This document shows, piece after piece, positions 63,992 through 64,000 of a stretch of 64,000 nt of DNA (within the stretch, counting starts at the first letter, position 1; each line of letters begins with the position of its first letter). Position numbers and translations under genes: made by a program. The notes under the pieces were generated by a model. The model ran no database searches, was not told the origin of the DNA, and worked only from the letters and a program-made list of their open reading frames with translations. The DNA comes from Hydrolagus colliei (taxonomy: Eukaryota), in assembly GCA_035084275.1 (NCBI GenBank), contig CM068745.1, forward strand, positions 49,414,001 to 49,478,000, read 5' to 3'.

Positions 63992-64000
63992 CTAGCAAGC

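Overview
AT-rich, repeat-dense, gene-poor eukaryotic DNA with one 130-N assembly gap. The repeat content points to a cartilaginous fish, most likely a holocephalan (inferred, not proven). It is not prokaryotic, so there are no operons or CRISPR arrays. The only long intact ORF is a young, 5'-truncated CR1 LINE ORF2 (52094-54527, minus strand). The rest is a layered TE landscape: about 20 copies or fragments of a mosaic tRNA/CORE/Deu/L2-tail SINE in long and short variants, older Deu-type SINE relics, degenerate L2 and CR1 fragments, and many ~40-60 bp L2 tail-only insertions. DNA transposons comprise three hAT MITEs with 8-bp TSDs and an 18-bp VNTR, three TA-TSD Tc1/mariner(pogo/Tigger)-type MITEs, and a rearranged BED-finger hAT element. 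The most interesting items are three Penelope-like pseudo-LTR remnants carrying hammerhead-ribozyme core motifs, a near-perfect 33-bp hairpin, an unidentified ~3.5 kb fossil coding-like block with a possible diverged paralogue at the window start, and a possible Ngaro/DIRS RNase H relic. No host gene could be confidently named. Boundaries of degenerate elements were read by eye and are approximate (about +/-20 bp).
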